Positions 1 to 9,363 are shown, counted from the stretch's first letter. The stretch is DNA of 32,000 bases from Ruminococcus albus 7 = DSM 20455 (GCF_000179635.2 NC_014833.1:3420001-3452000), one strand, 5' to 3'. Program-made: numbers and translations. Notes: a model not told the origin generated them from the sequence alone.

Positions 1-1
1 G

Positions 2-133
2 CTCGAAAAGGATGTAATAGTGATGGGACTTACCGACCGCTGCGAGATCTGGGACAGATGCAGATGGGAGGAGCGCAGTGCAAAGCTGGATGACGAAGTG
101 CTGCTGGCAGCTCTTGAAGGAGTTGGGATATAA
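2..133 (+). CDS. mraZ: Transcriptional regulator MraZ, C-terminal fragment (5' end lies outside the window)
   Basis: Frame 2 reads LEKDVIVMGLTDRCEIWDRCRWEERSAKLDDEVLLAALEGVGI*, which resembles the second SpoVT/AbrB-like half of MraZ (G..xEIWd...W). The stop overlaps the rsmH start (TAATG at 131-135). The mraZ-rsmH order is canonical. Confidence 0.6.
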   Translation, partial: LEKDVIVMGLTDRCEIWDRCRWEERSAKLDDEVLLAALEGVGI

Positions 134-1068
134 TGGAATTCAAACACATCCCTGTTTTGCTGAACGAATGCATCGAGGGACTTGATATAAAGCCCGACGG
201 TATCTACTGTGACGGTACGGCGGGCGGTGCGGGTCATTCCCGCGAGATAGCAAAAAGGCTGACCACAGGCAGACTCATCTCGGTAGACAGAGATCCCGAG
301 GCTGTGGCTGTAGCAACGGAAAGATTGTCGGGACTTCCTGCAACAGTAGTCCGGGGGAATTATTCCGAGCTTGATGAGATATTCGCAAGGCTCGGTATAG
401 AAGGCGCCGACGGCATACTCATGGATCTGGGAGTATCCTCCTATCAGCTTGATAACGCTGAAAGAGGTTTTTCCTACCATACGGATGCTCCGCTGGATAT
501 GAGGATGAGCAGCGAAGGACTTTCCGCCCGAGATGTAGTCAACAGCTACGATGAACGTACACTGGCACGGATAATATTTGAGTACGGTGATGAGAAATTC
601 TCCCGTAACATCGCAAAAAAAATAGTTCAGGTCAGGGAGGACAAGCCCATAGAGACCACGCTGGAGCTTGCCGAGGTAATAAAATCGGCTGTTCCGCAGA
701 AGGTCAGGAGAGAGAAAAATCCCTGCAAAAAAACTTTTCAGGCGATACGCATAGAGGTCAATGCAGAGCTGGAACATCTCAGCATAGCGCTGGATAAGGC
801 ATTTGACCTGCTTAACGCAGGCGGTAGATTGTGTATAATCACTTTCCATTCGCTGGAGGACAGGCTCGTAAAACAGAGATTCAAGAGCTTTTGTCAGGGC
901 TGTATATGTCCGCCCGATTTCCCCGTGTGCGTATGCGGAAGAACTCCGCGCGGCAAACTGATAACCAGAAAGCCCATTGAACCATCCGACAGCGAAAATG
1001 AAGAGAACAAACGCGCTCACAGCGCAAAGCTGAGGATAATAGAAAAGATAAAGAACGACCCGCAGTGA
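133..1068 (+). CDS. rsmH: 16S rRNA (cytosine1402-N4)-methyltransferase RsmH
   Basis: 311 aa. It has a HIPVLL N-terminus, the SAM-binding motif DGTAGGAGHS, FHSLEDR, the Cys-rich C.C....P.C.CG segment and a SAKLR C-terminal motif. It sits first in the dcw cluster after mraZ. Confidence 0.95.
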   Translation: MEFKHIPVLLNECIEGLDIKPDGIYCDGTAGGAGHSREIAKRLTTGRLISVDRDPEAVAVATERLSGLPATVVRGNYSELDEIFARLGIEGADGILMDLGVSSYQLDNAERGFSYHTDAPLDMRMSSEGLSARDVVNSYDERTLARIIFEYGDEKFSRNIAKKIVQVREDKPIETTLELAEVIKSAVPQKVRREKNPCKKTFQAIRIEVNAELEHLSIALDKAFDLLNAGGRLCIITFHSLEDRLVKQRFKSFCQGCICPPDFPVCVCGRTPRGKLITRKPIEPSDSENEENKRAHSAKLRIIEKIKNDPQ

Positions 1069-1171
1069 CGGGATATAAAGAGATAATACAAAAGACAGAG
1101 GACAGACAAAAGATAAGCTTGTGTAAAAATTTTCTGTGCGCTTTTGGGGCGCGTATAGAGGTGTATCAATA

Positions 1172-1669
1172 ATGACAAAATATAATGACCACAGCAACCT
1201 TGCTCATGAGCTCGAACTGCCTTATGATAACAATGCCGACCGCGACGCTGCGGCTGAACGCGAGGGCAGAAAAAACGGAGCACGCGCTGTTCCTGCAATG
1301 AGTTTCGGATCCAAGCTCGCATGGGCTGTTCTTATCATAGTTGCTATCTCCATGATGGGCAGCCTTATCTACGGTAAGGTGGAAATATCCAGACTTTACA
1401 GCGAAAGGGCAGGTCTTGAAAAACAGCTCGATCAGCTTCAGAACGAGAATATCAGTATGCAGTCCGAGATCGCTGAAAGAATGAATATGACCAAGGTAGA
1501 AGAATATGCACGAAACGATCTGGGTCTGCATAAGCTGGATAAATCCCAGATAGAGTATATCGAGGTAGAAACACCTTCTGTAGCCGAGGTAAAGACAAAC
1601 GACAAGGAAGATGTATTCATGCGATTCAAACACTGGTTTGATCGTGCATCGGAATATGTAAGTCACTAA
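1172..1669 (+). CDS. ftsL: Cell division protein FtsL / septum formation initiator-like (bitopic, coiled coil)
   Basis: I prefer the ATG at 1172 (MTKYND...), preceded by AGAGGTG, over the ORF-track start at 1136. There is one TM segment (LAWAVLIIVAISMMGSLIYG) followed by a leucine-zipper-like coil (LEKQLDQLQNENISMQSEI). The position between rsmH and the PBP is canonical for ftsL. Confidence 0.7.
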   Translation: MTKYNDHSNLAHELELPYDNNADRDAAAEREGRKNGARAVPAMSFGSKLAWAVLIIVAISMMGSLIYGKVEISRLYSERAGLEKQLDQLQNENISMQSEIAERMNMTKVEEYARNDLGLHKLDKSQIEYIEVETPSVAEVKTNDKEDVFMRFKHWFDRASEYVSH

Positions 1670-1683
1670 ATCATATATTGTAT

Positions 1684-1732
1684 AAGAAAGTTAAGCACAG
1701 ATAATTGTACTTAGCTTTCTTGTTCTATTTTT
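1684..1732 (+). terminator. Hairpin plus T-tract between ftsL and the PBP gene (possible attenuator or partial terminator)
   Basis: AAGAAAGTTAAG (1684-1695) pairs with CTTAGCTTTCTT (1710-1721), giving 12 bp with one G-U pair. It is followed by GTTCTATTTTT. A second 7-bp hairpin, TATCCCG/CGGGATA, lies at 1742-1762. Confidence 0.3.
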
Positions 1733-1790
1733 AAATAAGTCTATCCCGCCGTTTTCGGGATAAAGCATTTATCGGGACGGAGGTTATGTA

Positions 1791-4124
1791 ATGACCGATA
1801 AACCAAGTCTTAAAATGAAAACCAGGCTGACTATATGGCTTTGCCTGCCTGTACTGCTCCTGCTGATATACATGATATGGGGCATATGGAAGGTATCCAT
1901 AAAGGAAGGTCAAAAATGGAAGGATCTGGCTAATTCTCAACAGCTGAAATCCACAGTAGTAACAGCGTCAAGAGGTTCAATGTACGATGCCAAGGGCAAC
2001 GTGCTCGCCCAGAGCGCTACGGTATTCAGGATATACGTTGATCCCATAATGCTGCGCCAGCAGTGCGATGCGAGGGATAAACGTATTGAAGAACTGAAAG
2101 CCGCTATCAAGGAAGAGGATAACGCGGACAAGGTGCTCAAATACAACGAAGAGCTCAAGACCGCCAAAACAAGCGAAGAGACCTTCAATGAACTGGCTGA
2201 TTTCCTTGCGCTGAAACTCCAGCTGGAAACAGGCGAGGTGAAAAGCAAGCTGGGCGATGTTACCAGCCAGTACGTCATTCTTGCTGATGATGTTGAGAAG
2301 ACACTTCGCGATGAGATAGATTCCAAGCTTACAGAGCTTAAAATAGACGGTGTAAGAGGCGAGCCGCAGACCAGACGCGTTTACCCCCAGGAATCACTGG
2401 CTGCCCATGTGCTGGGATATACCGATTTCGAGGATAACGGTATCTACGGTCTTGAAGCTTATTACGATGACTACCTCAAAGGCGTTGACGGAAGAGTGAT
2501 CACCGCAAAGGACAAGGACGGAAACGATATCCCCTACCGCTATAAGCAGAGCTATGATGTTCAGGACGGCAACGACCTCAACCTGAATATAGATATAAAT
2601 ATACAGTATATGCTGGAAAAGGGTCTGCGTAAGGCTTATGAGGAGAACCTCCCCACCGACAGAGTCTGCGGTATAATAATGAACCCCAAGACAGGTCAGG
2701 TTTACGCAGAGGCTACGTGCTTCAGCTATGACCCCAATGAACCCTCGCTGATATCCGATAAGCAGGTGTCCGAAAGACTTGCAGGACTGAAGGGTAAAGC
2801 CGAATACGATACCGAAAGACAGAACGCATGGAGCCTGCAGTGGAAAGACAAATGCGTTTCCGAGCTGTACTTCCCTGGCTCTGTATTCAAGATAATCACA
2901 GGTGCATCGGCGCTGGAAGAAAAGGCGATATCACTGGATGATACATTCACCTGCGGCGGCCATATAACCGTAGAGGACAGAGATATCTCCTGCTGGACCA
3001 CCGGTGACCACGGCACACAGAATCTGGCAGCGGCTATGGCAAATTCCTGTAACCCTGCATTCGTGCAGATAGGTCTTAAACTTGGCGCTGATAACTTTGT
3101 AAAATACTTCGACGGTTTCGGATATAATGAGCTTACAGGCATCGACCTGCCCGGCGAGGTAAATTCTTACAATATACATTTTCTTAACTGGCTGGGTCCC
3201 GTTGAACTGGCGACCTCAGCTTTCGGACAGACCAACAAGGTAACTCCGATACAGATGATAACAGCCGTTTCCGCAGCAGTAAACGGCGGCTATGTGCTTA
3301 CACCGAGAGTTGTCAGCAGCATAACCGACCAGAACGGAAACGTGGTAAAAAGAAATGATAAGGAAGTAAAAAGACAGATAATCTCCGAGGAGACCTCGGC
3401 TGCCATGAGAGATATACTCAAAGGCGTCGTTGAAACAAACAAGAGCTCAAACTGCTATATCCCAGGTTACAGCATAGGCGGTAAATCTGGTACTTCGCAG
3501 AAGCTGGACGAAAACGCAAAGGGTGATACCTACGTTGGTTCCTACTGTGCATTCGCTCCCGCTGAGGATCCCGAGATCATCATGCTGGTGCTGGTAGACC
3601 ACCCTACAGGCGAGCAGTTCTACGGAAGTATGGTGGCTGCACCTATCTGTCAGGAGGTCCTCAGTGAGGTCCTGCCCTATATGGGTATGTTCCCGAATTA
3701 TACCGATGAGGAGCTCCAGTCCATCTCAATCAATGTTCCCAACGTTCAGTATTATACCGTTGAGGAAGCTCAGAAGACACTTGAAGAACTGGGCTTCGTA
3801 GTCAAGATCAAGGGCGAGGGCGATACCGTCCTAAGACAGATGCCCGCAGGCGTAAAGATCGAACACGGCGGTTCCGTGGTGCTGTATACAGACCAGAGGA
3901 CTGAGATCGAAAAGGTCACTGTTCCCAATATACAGGGTCTTACCAGAGAACAGGCAAAGGCAACACTTGAAATGTACGGTCTGAACCTTATAGCAGAAGG
4001 CTCTGCAGCAGCGGAAGAAGTAAGCTTTGCTATGGGTGACCAGACCTATGAACCCGGTACCAGCGTACCTCTCGGCACAGCTGTTACTGTAACATTCACT
4101 ACCACCGTGGTAGCCTCGCAGTAA
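1791..4124 (+). CDS. ftsI: Class B penicillin-binding protein (FtsI/PBP2B/SpoVD-type transpeptidase) with two C-terminal PASTA domains
   Basis: 777 aa with GGAGG 7 nt upstream of the ATG. It has an N-terminal TM anchor and the transpeptidase motifs SVFK (SxxK), SCN (SxN) and KSGT. Two PASTA-like repeats are present (YTVEEAQKTLEELGF..., IQGLTREQAKATLEMYGL...). The dcw position is as expected. Confidence 0.93.
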   Translation: MTDKPSLKMKTRLTIWLCLPVLLLLIYMIWGIWKVSIKEGQKWKDLANSQQLKSTVVTASRGSMYDAKGNVLAQSATVFRIYVDPIMLRQQCDARDKRIEELKAAIKEEDNADKVLKYNEELKTAKTSEETFNELADFLALKLQLETGEVKSKLGDVTSQYVILADDVEKTLRDEIDSKLTELKIDGVRGEPQTRRVYPQESLAAHVLGYTDFEDNGIYGLEAYYDDYLKGVDGRVITAKDKDGNDIPYRYKQSYDVQDGNDLNLNIDINIQYMLEKGLRKAYEENLPTDRVCGIIMNPKTGQVYAEATCFSYDPNEPSLISDKQVSERLAGLKGKAEYDTERQNAWSLQWKDKCVSELYFPGSVFKIITGASALEEKAISLDDTFTCGGHITVEDRDISCWTTGDHGTQNLAAAMANSCNPAFVQIGLKLGADNFVKYFDGFGYNELTGIDLPGEVNSYNIHFLNWLGPVELATSAFGQTNKVTPIQMITAVSAAVNGGYVLTPRVVSSITDQNGNVVKRNDKEVKRQIISEETSAAMRDILKGVVETNKSSNCYIPGYSIGGKSGTSQKLDENAKGDTYVGSYCAFAPAEDPEIIMLVLVDHPTGEQFYGSMVAAPICQEVLSEVLPYMGMFPNYTDEELQSISINVPNVQYYTVEEAQKTLEELGFVVKIKGEGDTVLRQMPAGVKIEHGGSVVLYTDQRTEIEKVTVPNIQGLTREQAKATLEMYGLNLIAEGSAAAEEVSFAMGDQTYEPGTSVPLGTAVTVTFTTTVVASQ

Positions 4125-4162
4125 GGATATCAACTGCTAATAATGTAAGGGAATGAACTGAA

Positions 4163-5596
4163 ATGAAATTATACGAACTTATAAAGGATGTGGCAGAGAC
4201 CTCTCTGCCCGATATGGAAATAACAGGTATCACCTCCGATACAAGAGCGGAGGTCACTGAGGGCAGCATATTCGTATGCATAAAGGGCAAGACCTTTGAC
4301 GGCCACGATGCTGCTCAGCAGATGCTCGACAAGGGCTGCGCTGCAGTTGTCTGCGAAAGAGATCTCGGTCTTGAAAGACAGATAATCGTCACCGATACAA
4401 GAGCCGCTTTCCCCATGCTGTGTTCAGCATGGTTCGGTCACCCCGAGAGAGAACTGGAACTCATAGGAGTTACAGGCACTAACGGAAAGACTACTATCAC
4501 CACCGTCATTAAGAAAGTTCTCAGCGGCTTCGGCTTCAAGGTAGGCCTTATAGGTACCTGCCAGAACGAGATAGGCGATAAGATCATACCAACAGCCAGA
4601 ACTACTCCCGAGCCCTATGACCTGTTTGAGCTGTTCCGCAAAATGGCGGATGAAGGATGTAAATACACCGTAATGGAAGTATCATCTCAGGGACTTGAAC
4701 AGAAGAGAGTGCAGGGCTGCCATTTCAAGGCAGGTATATTCACCAATCTTACCCAGGATCACCTTGATGTTCACGGCACCATGGAGAACTACTATCAGGC
4801 AAAGAAGATGCTGTTCGATATATGCGATACAGCCATAATAAATACCGATGACGAGTACGGCAGACGTTATGTCACAGAGATACCCTGCCCCTATAAGACA
4901 TATTCGGTAAACGGCAAAGCCGATTTCCGCGCCGAGGACGTTATGCTTGGCACAACAGGCGTAAAGTACGTCTTCTGTGACGGCAAGGTAAAAAAGAATG
5001 TCAGCTTTAATATGCCCGGACTTTTCAACGTATCCAACTCCCTGGCGGTAATCGCCTGCATGGAAGTGCTCGGATTCACCCCTTGCAATACCATAAAGGA
5101 ATTCGAGAAGATACAGGGTGTCCGCGGCAGAGCCGAGATAATCCCCACGGGACGTGACTTCACGGTTATATGTGACTACGCACACACTCCCGATGCGCTG
5201 ATAAATGTGCTCTCAGCTATCAAGGAGGGCTCAAAGGGCAAGGTCAAGTGCCTGTTCGGATGCGGCGGCAACCGCGACCGTACAAAGCGTGCACCAATGG
5301 CAGCAGCCGCTGCCGAACACGCAGATTTCCTGATAGTTACATCGGATAATCCCAGAGATGAAGATCCCGATGATATAATAAACGATGTTCTCAAAGGTCT
5401 TGAAGGCAAGGATACTCCCTATGTCCGCATGACCGACAGACGCGAGGCTATACACTGGGCGATAAAGAATGCCGAAAAAGACGATATCATCGTGCTGGCA
5501 GGCAAGGGTCACGAAGACTACCAGATACTGGCAGGCGGTGTAAAGATACATTTCGATGAACGCGAAGTAGTAGCTGACGCACTGAAGGAGATCTGA
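4163..5596 (+). CDS. murE: UDP-N-acetylmuramoyl-L-alanyl-D-glutamate--2,6-diaminopimelate ligase
   Basis: 477 aa with the Mur ligase P-loop GVTGTNGKTT. The DNPR motif (VTSDNPRDEDP) is typical of meso-DAP-adding MurE. The C-terminal GKGHE is present. Confidence 0.95.
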   Translation: MKLYELIKDVAETSLPDMEITGITSDTRAEVTEGSIFVCIKGKTFDGHDAAQQMLDKGCAAVVCERDLGLERQIIVTDTRAAFPMLCSAWFGHPERELELIGVTGTNGKTTITTVIKKVLSGFGFKVGLIGTCQNEIGDKIIPTARTTPEPYDLFELFRKMADEGCKYTVMEVSSQGLEQKRVQGCHFKAGIFTNLTQDHLDVHGTMENYYQAKKMLFDICDTAIINTDDEYGRRYVTEIPCPYKTYSVNGKADFRAEDVMLGTTGVKYVFCDGKVKKNVSFNMPGLFNVSNSLAVIACMEVLGFTPCNTIKEFEKIQGVRGRAEIIPTGRDFTVICDYAHTPDALINVLSAIKEGSKGKVKCLFGCGGNRDRTKRAPMAAAAAEHADFLIVTSDNPRDEDPDDIINDVLKGLEGKDTPYVRMTDRREAIHWAIKNAEKDDIIVLAGKGHEDYQILAGGVKIHFDEREVVADALKEI

Positions 5597-5634
5597 CGGA
5601 TAACTCAACAAGTCAAGATAAGGTGGGAAAAGCA

Positions 5635-6999
5635 ATGGAAAAATTAATGCTTTCAGAAATAATAGAGGCAGTAAGAGGAAGCTACGGCTACCCTGCCAAT
5701 GTGGAGGTCAAGGATATCTCCACCGATACAAGGACCATAACCGAGGGTTCCCTGTTCATAGCACTAAAGGGCGCTAATTTTGACGGTCATGACTTTGCCG
5801 CAAAGGCAATGGAACTCGGTGCGATAGCTGTTGTAACGGAAAGACCCGTAGACGGTGCCAGATGCCTTATCGTGGATTCCACAGCACAGGCACTGCTTGA
5901 TTCAGCCTCCTACTACCGCAGCAAGTTCGATATACCGCTGGTGGGAATAACAGGCAGCGTGGGCAAGACAACTACCAAGGAAATGATATACAGCGTCCTT
6001 TCCCGCAGCTTCAAGACCCTCAAAACAGAAGCCAACCACAATAACGAAGTAGGTATGCCAAAGACCCTGCTGGAGCTTGACAATACTCATCAGGCTGCTG
6101 TAATAGAGATGGGCATGAACCACAAGGGCGAGATATCGAGAATGTCCACAAGCTGCAAGCCGACTATATGTGTCATCACCAATATAGGTGTATCTCATAT
6201 AGAGAACCTCGGTTCGCAGGAGGGTATACTAAAAGCCAAAATGGAGATACTCGACGGTGCTTCCGCCGATGCGCCGCTGATACTCTGCCGCGATGACAAA
6301 CTTCTTGCAAAAGCTGAGATATACGGCGGCAGACAGGTGTGGTATTACTCAGTCTCCAAAAAGGACTGTGATGTATACGCATCCGATATCGCCGCTGACA
6401 GCAAGGGCATAAGCTTCACTATACACTATAAGAGAGAAAAGCTCAACGCAAGGATAAACTGCCTTGGCGAGCATAATGTAAAGAACGCACTGGCTGCCTT
6501 CTGCGCAGGTGCGGCGGCAGGTATGGAGAATGAAGATATCATCGCAGGCCTTGCCGATTTCAGACCCGAGGGTATGCGCCAGAACATCATCACCGAAAAC
6601 GGCATGACCTTCGTGCTGGACTGCTACAACGCAGCTCCCGATTCCATGAAGGCAAGCCTTTCTGTACTGAGCCAGATATCCGTCCGCGGCAGACGTTTTG
6701 CTGTGCTTGGTGATATGCTGGAGCTCGGCAAGGGTACCGCGAGATATCACCGTACAGTCGGTGAATATGTCAAGGCTTCAAAGACAGATGTGCTCCTCTG
6801 CTACGGAAAGAATTCCACATACTATATAGAAGGTGCCTGCGACAAGGGCTTCGACCGCGAGAATACTAAGCATTTTGAATCTCACGAGGAACTTGTGGAG
6901 TATCTGAAGGCTAACCTCAAAGAGGGCGATGCTGTGCTGTTCAAGGGCAGCCGCGGCATGAAGCTTGAAGAAGTATACGAGGCGATAAAACAGGCGTGA
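5635..6999 (+). CDS. murF: UDP-N-acetylmuramoyl-tripeptide--D-alanyl-D-alanine ligase
   Basis: It has the P-loop GITGSVGKTTTKEM and the Mur ligase middle and C-terminal domains (LGDMLELG, FKGSRGMKLE). I prefer the ATG at 5635 because AAGGTGGG lies 7 nt upstream. The ORF-track start at 5623 is a GTG inside that SD-like sequence. Confidence 0.9.
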   Translation: MEKLMLSEIIEAVRGSYGYPANVEVKDISTDTRTITEGSLFIALKGANFDGHDFAAKAMELGAIAVVTERPVDGARCLIVDSTAQALLDSASYYRSKFDIPLVGITGSVGKTTTKEMIYSVLSRSFKTLKTEANHNNEVGMPKTLLELDNTHQAAVIEMGMNHKGEISRMSTSCKPTICVITNIGVSHIENLGSQEGILKAKMEILDGASADAPLILCRDDKLLAKAEIYGGRQVWYYSVSKKDCDVYASDIAADSKGISFTIHYKREKLNARINCLGEHNVKNALAAFCAGAAAGMENEDIIAGLADFRPEGMRQNIITENGMTFVLDCYNAAPDSMKASLSVLSQISVRGRRFAVLGDMLELGKGTARYHRTVGEYVKASKTDVLLCYGKNSTYYIEGACDKGFDRENTKHFESHEELVEYLKANLKEGDAVLFKGSRGMKLEEVYEAIKQA

Positions 7000-8012
7000 A
7001 GCTGACATTTATCATATTCGCCCTTCAGCTTGCTGTGGGCGGACTTGCAGGGCGGCTTTTCATACCCGCCTTCAGAAAAATGAAAACAGGAAAATTCGAG
7101 ATATACATCGGTGACCGTTTCAGACAGGACGGTTCAGAACCACGGGGCGGAGGGGCGCTTATGTACCTCTGCTTTGTGACTGCCTGCTTTGCAGCGGCTG
7201 CTGCGGAGGGTTTTGGTGCCGATGCCATAAGGGCAGCGGCTTTCACGGCTATATTCGCCGCAGTGCTGACTGCTGTGGGACTTATGGAAGACTATGACCG
7301 TGACGTGCGCGGCGGAATAGGTATGAAAAGCAGGTACAGGGTGACGATAAAGCTTCTGCTGTGCGGAGGATACACGGCACTCATGGGACTTTTCGGTTAC
7401 CGCTGTGATATGGTGCTTCTGCCATTCAGGTGGGGCTATCTTGATCTCGGATGGGCTTATATACCGCTGAATGCACTGCTGATGACTGTTATCATCACAG
7501 CGGCGGAGATATGCGACTGCCAGAAAGGTATACATGAAACAGGGATAGACGGACTTTGTCCGATGACGATGTTCGTAAGCTTTCTGGGACTTTTTGCGGC
7601 TTTCGGTGACGGCAGCCGCGAGATAGTAAAAGTTATATCCCTTTGTGCAGCAGGAAGCTGCGCAGGGTATCTGATATGGGGCGCTAAGCCCTCAAAGCTG
7701 TTCCTCGGTCAGTCGGGCGGACTTTTTCTGGGGAGCATGATGTGTGGAATACTGATGCTTTCAGGGCTGCACGGAGCGGTGCTGCTTGCTATGGCAGTAC
7801 CATTCATAGAGCTTGCTGCACATTTATTGCAGCGGGCAGTATTCAAAAAGAATAAAAAGCTGCTGTTCAAAGGGGCGACCCTACATGAGCATTTTCGCAA
7901 CATCGGGTGGAGCGAATACCGCATCACCGCAGTGTATGCAGCAGCGCAGGCATTGTTCTGCGCAGGGGCAGCGGCTTACAGTATATATGAAGCAAGGCTA
8001 GTGATCAATTAG
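6996..8012 (+). CDS. mraY: MraY-like polyprenyl-phosphate sugar-phosphate transferase homologue with non-canonical active-site residues
   Basis: 338 aa multi-pass membrane protein whose GTG start overlaps the murF stop (GTGA). It resembles MraY along its full length (FIPAFRKMKTGK, AKPSKLFLGQSGGLFLG, TLHEHFRNIGWSEYRIT) and sits in the mraY position. However, the DD, MGDxGS and HHH motifs read ED, LGQSGG and HEH (see findings). Confidence 0.75.
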   Translation: MKLTFIIFALQLAVGGLAGRLFIPAFRKMKTGKFEIYIGDRFRQDGSEPRGGGALMYLCFVTACFAAAAAEGFGADAIRAAAFTAIFAAVLTAVGLMEDYDRDVRGGIGMKSRYRVTIKLLLCGGYTALMGLFGYRCDMVLLPFRWGYLDLGWAYIPLNALLMTVIITAAEICDCQKGIHETGIDGLCPMTMFVSFLGLFAAFGDGSREIVKVISLCAAGSCAGYLIWGAKPSKLFLGQSGGLFLGSMMCGILMLSGLHGAVLLAMAVPFIELAAHLLQRAVFKKNKKLLFKGATLHEHFRNIGWSEYRITAVYAAAQALFCAGAAAYSIYEARLVIN

Positions 8013-8046
8013 TCTTGTAATGATAGTGAGCGGAGGTACAGCATTA

Positions 8047-9279
8047 ATGGCTGATAAGGGTATATACCGCGACCGCGACGGCGGTCTTACACTGAACAAT
8101 CACCTGCTGGTCAGACAACCTGTGGCGCAGGCGAGAAAAAAACTCAACTTCAATTTCAAGTCCATAAACAAAGGCGTTGATATGCCGTTTTTGCTGCTGA
8201 TACTTATGCTGCTGGGCTTCGGAGTGCTGATGATGTTCTCAGCCTCCTACGCATGGGGCATAAACGATATGGGCGACGGCTACTACTACGCAAAAAAACA
8301 GCTGACCTTCGCAGGCATCGGTCTTGTCGGTATGCTGTTCGTATCTATGCTGGATTATCACTTCTTCCAGAATACGGCAGTTTGTTATCTGTTTTTCGGC
8401 GTGATGTATGTCATGTGTCTGTATGCGGCATTCTTCGGATCGTCAACAGCGGATGCGAGCCGATGGATAAATCTGGGATTTGTACAGTTCCAGCCCTCCG
8501 AGCTCCTTAAAGTATCCTTCATAATAATATTCGCATATATCATGGCGGTAAATTTCCCAAAATTCAATAACTGGAAGTACTGCGTAATACCCTTCACGGT
8601 GATAATGGGTCTTTCCGTTATCGTACTGGGGCTTCAGCGTCATATGTCTGCGGTGCTGATCATAGGTATCATCGGTGTCAGCATGATGTTCGTCAGCGGT
8701 ATGCCCGCAAAAACCTTCTGGAAATTCATTGGTATACTGGCTGCCGTGGCTTTACTGGGTCTTGCCATACTTCTCATGGCAGGCAAATTCTCATATATAC
8801 AGGAGAGAATAGACGGCTGGCGCAATCCCGAGGCTGATATACAGAACAATACCTGGCAGACCTACAATTCCCTCGTTGCCATAGGCTCAGGCGGATGGTT
8901 CGGTCTTGGATTCGGTGAATCAAGGCAGAAATTCCTCTACCTCCCCGAGGCGCAGAACGACTTCGTCTTCGCTATAATATGCGAAGAACTGGGATTCGTG
9001 GGCGCACTGGTAGTTGTGGTGCTGTTCGTTATATTCGTGCTGAGAGGCTTCTATATAGCTTCAAACGCCAAGGACAGATTCGGTATGCTGGTGGCTGCGG
9101 GCATTACGATACAGATAGGTATACAGGCTTTCCTGAATATAATGGTCGCTTCAAACTCCTTCCCGAATACAGGTATATCCCTGCCGTTTTTCAGCTACGG
9201 AGGTACCGCGCTGATAATACAGCTGGCAGAAATGGGAATACTGCTCAGTATCTCACGTCAGGGTAATATCAAAAAATAA
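8047..9279 (+). CDS. ftsW: SEDS-family peptidoglycan glycosyltransferase FtsW/SpoVE
   Basis: Multi-pass membrane protein with the SEDS motifs PSELLK, PEAQNDFVFAIICEELGFVG and SLPFFSYGGTALI. I prefer the ATG at 8047 (GGAGG 10 nt upstream) over the ORF-track start at 8020. Confidence 0.9.
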   Translation: MADKGIYRDRDGGLTLNNHLLVRQPVAQARKKLNFNFKSINKGVDMPFLLLILMLLGFGVLMMFSASYAWGINDMGDGYYYAKKQLTFAGIGLVGMLFVSMLDYHFFQNTAVCYLFFGVMYVMCLYAAFFGSSTADASRWINLGFVQFQPSELLKVSFIIIFAYIMAVNFPKFNNWKYCVIPFTVIMGLSVIVLGLQRHMSAVLIIGIIGVSMMFVSGMPAKTFWKFIGILAAVALLGLAILLMAGKFSYIQERIDGWRNPEADIQNNTWQTYNSLVAIGSGGWFGLGFGESRQKFLYLPEAQNDFVFAIICEELGFVGALVVVVLFVIFVLRGFYIASNAKDRFGMLVAAGITIQIGIQAFLNIMVASNSFPNTGISLPFFSYGGTALIIQLAEMGILLSISRQGNIKK

Positions 9280-9363
9280 TATCCTGCTTTTCGGGATATG
9301 GTATAAAATATATGACTTATACTTTAAAGCACCTGTTTTTTGTTAACTGTTAACCTAAAACTA

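Noticed and set aside
1166-1666. A 166-aa minus-strand ORF antisense to ftsL. Similar long antisense ORFs occur at 11580-12176, 12404-12979, 14299-14986, 20182-21000, 25936-26493, 26817-27314 and 27354-28037.
   Set aside because: All lie fully inside well-supported genes on the opposite strand. They have no SD sequences and show biased, low-complexity or Cys/Ser-rich compositions typical of shadow ORFs.
8020-8046. The ORF-track starts at 8020 (ftsW), 5623 (murF), 14285 (ftsZ), 15817 (DivIVA-like), 17437 (serpin), 19756 (pilin) and 1136 (ftsL).
   Set aside because: In each case a downstream in-frame ATG has a properly spaced GGAGG-type SD. In each case it also gives a sensible N-terminus, such as a signal peptide, a prepilin leader or the conserved FtsZ start.
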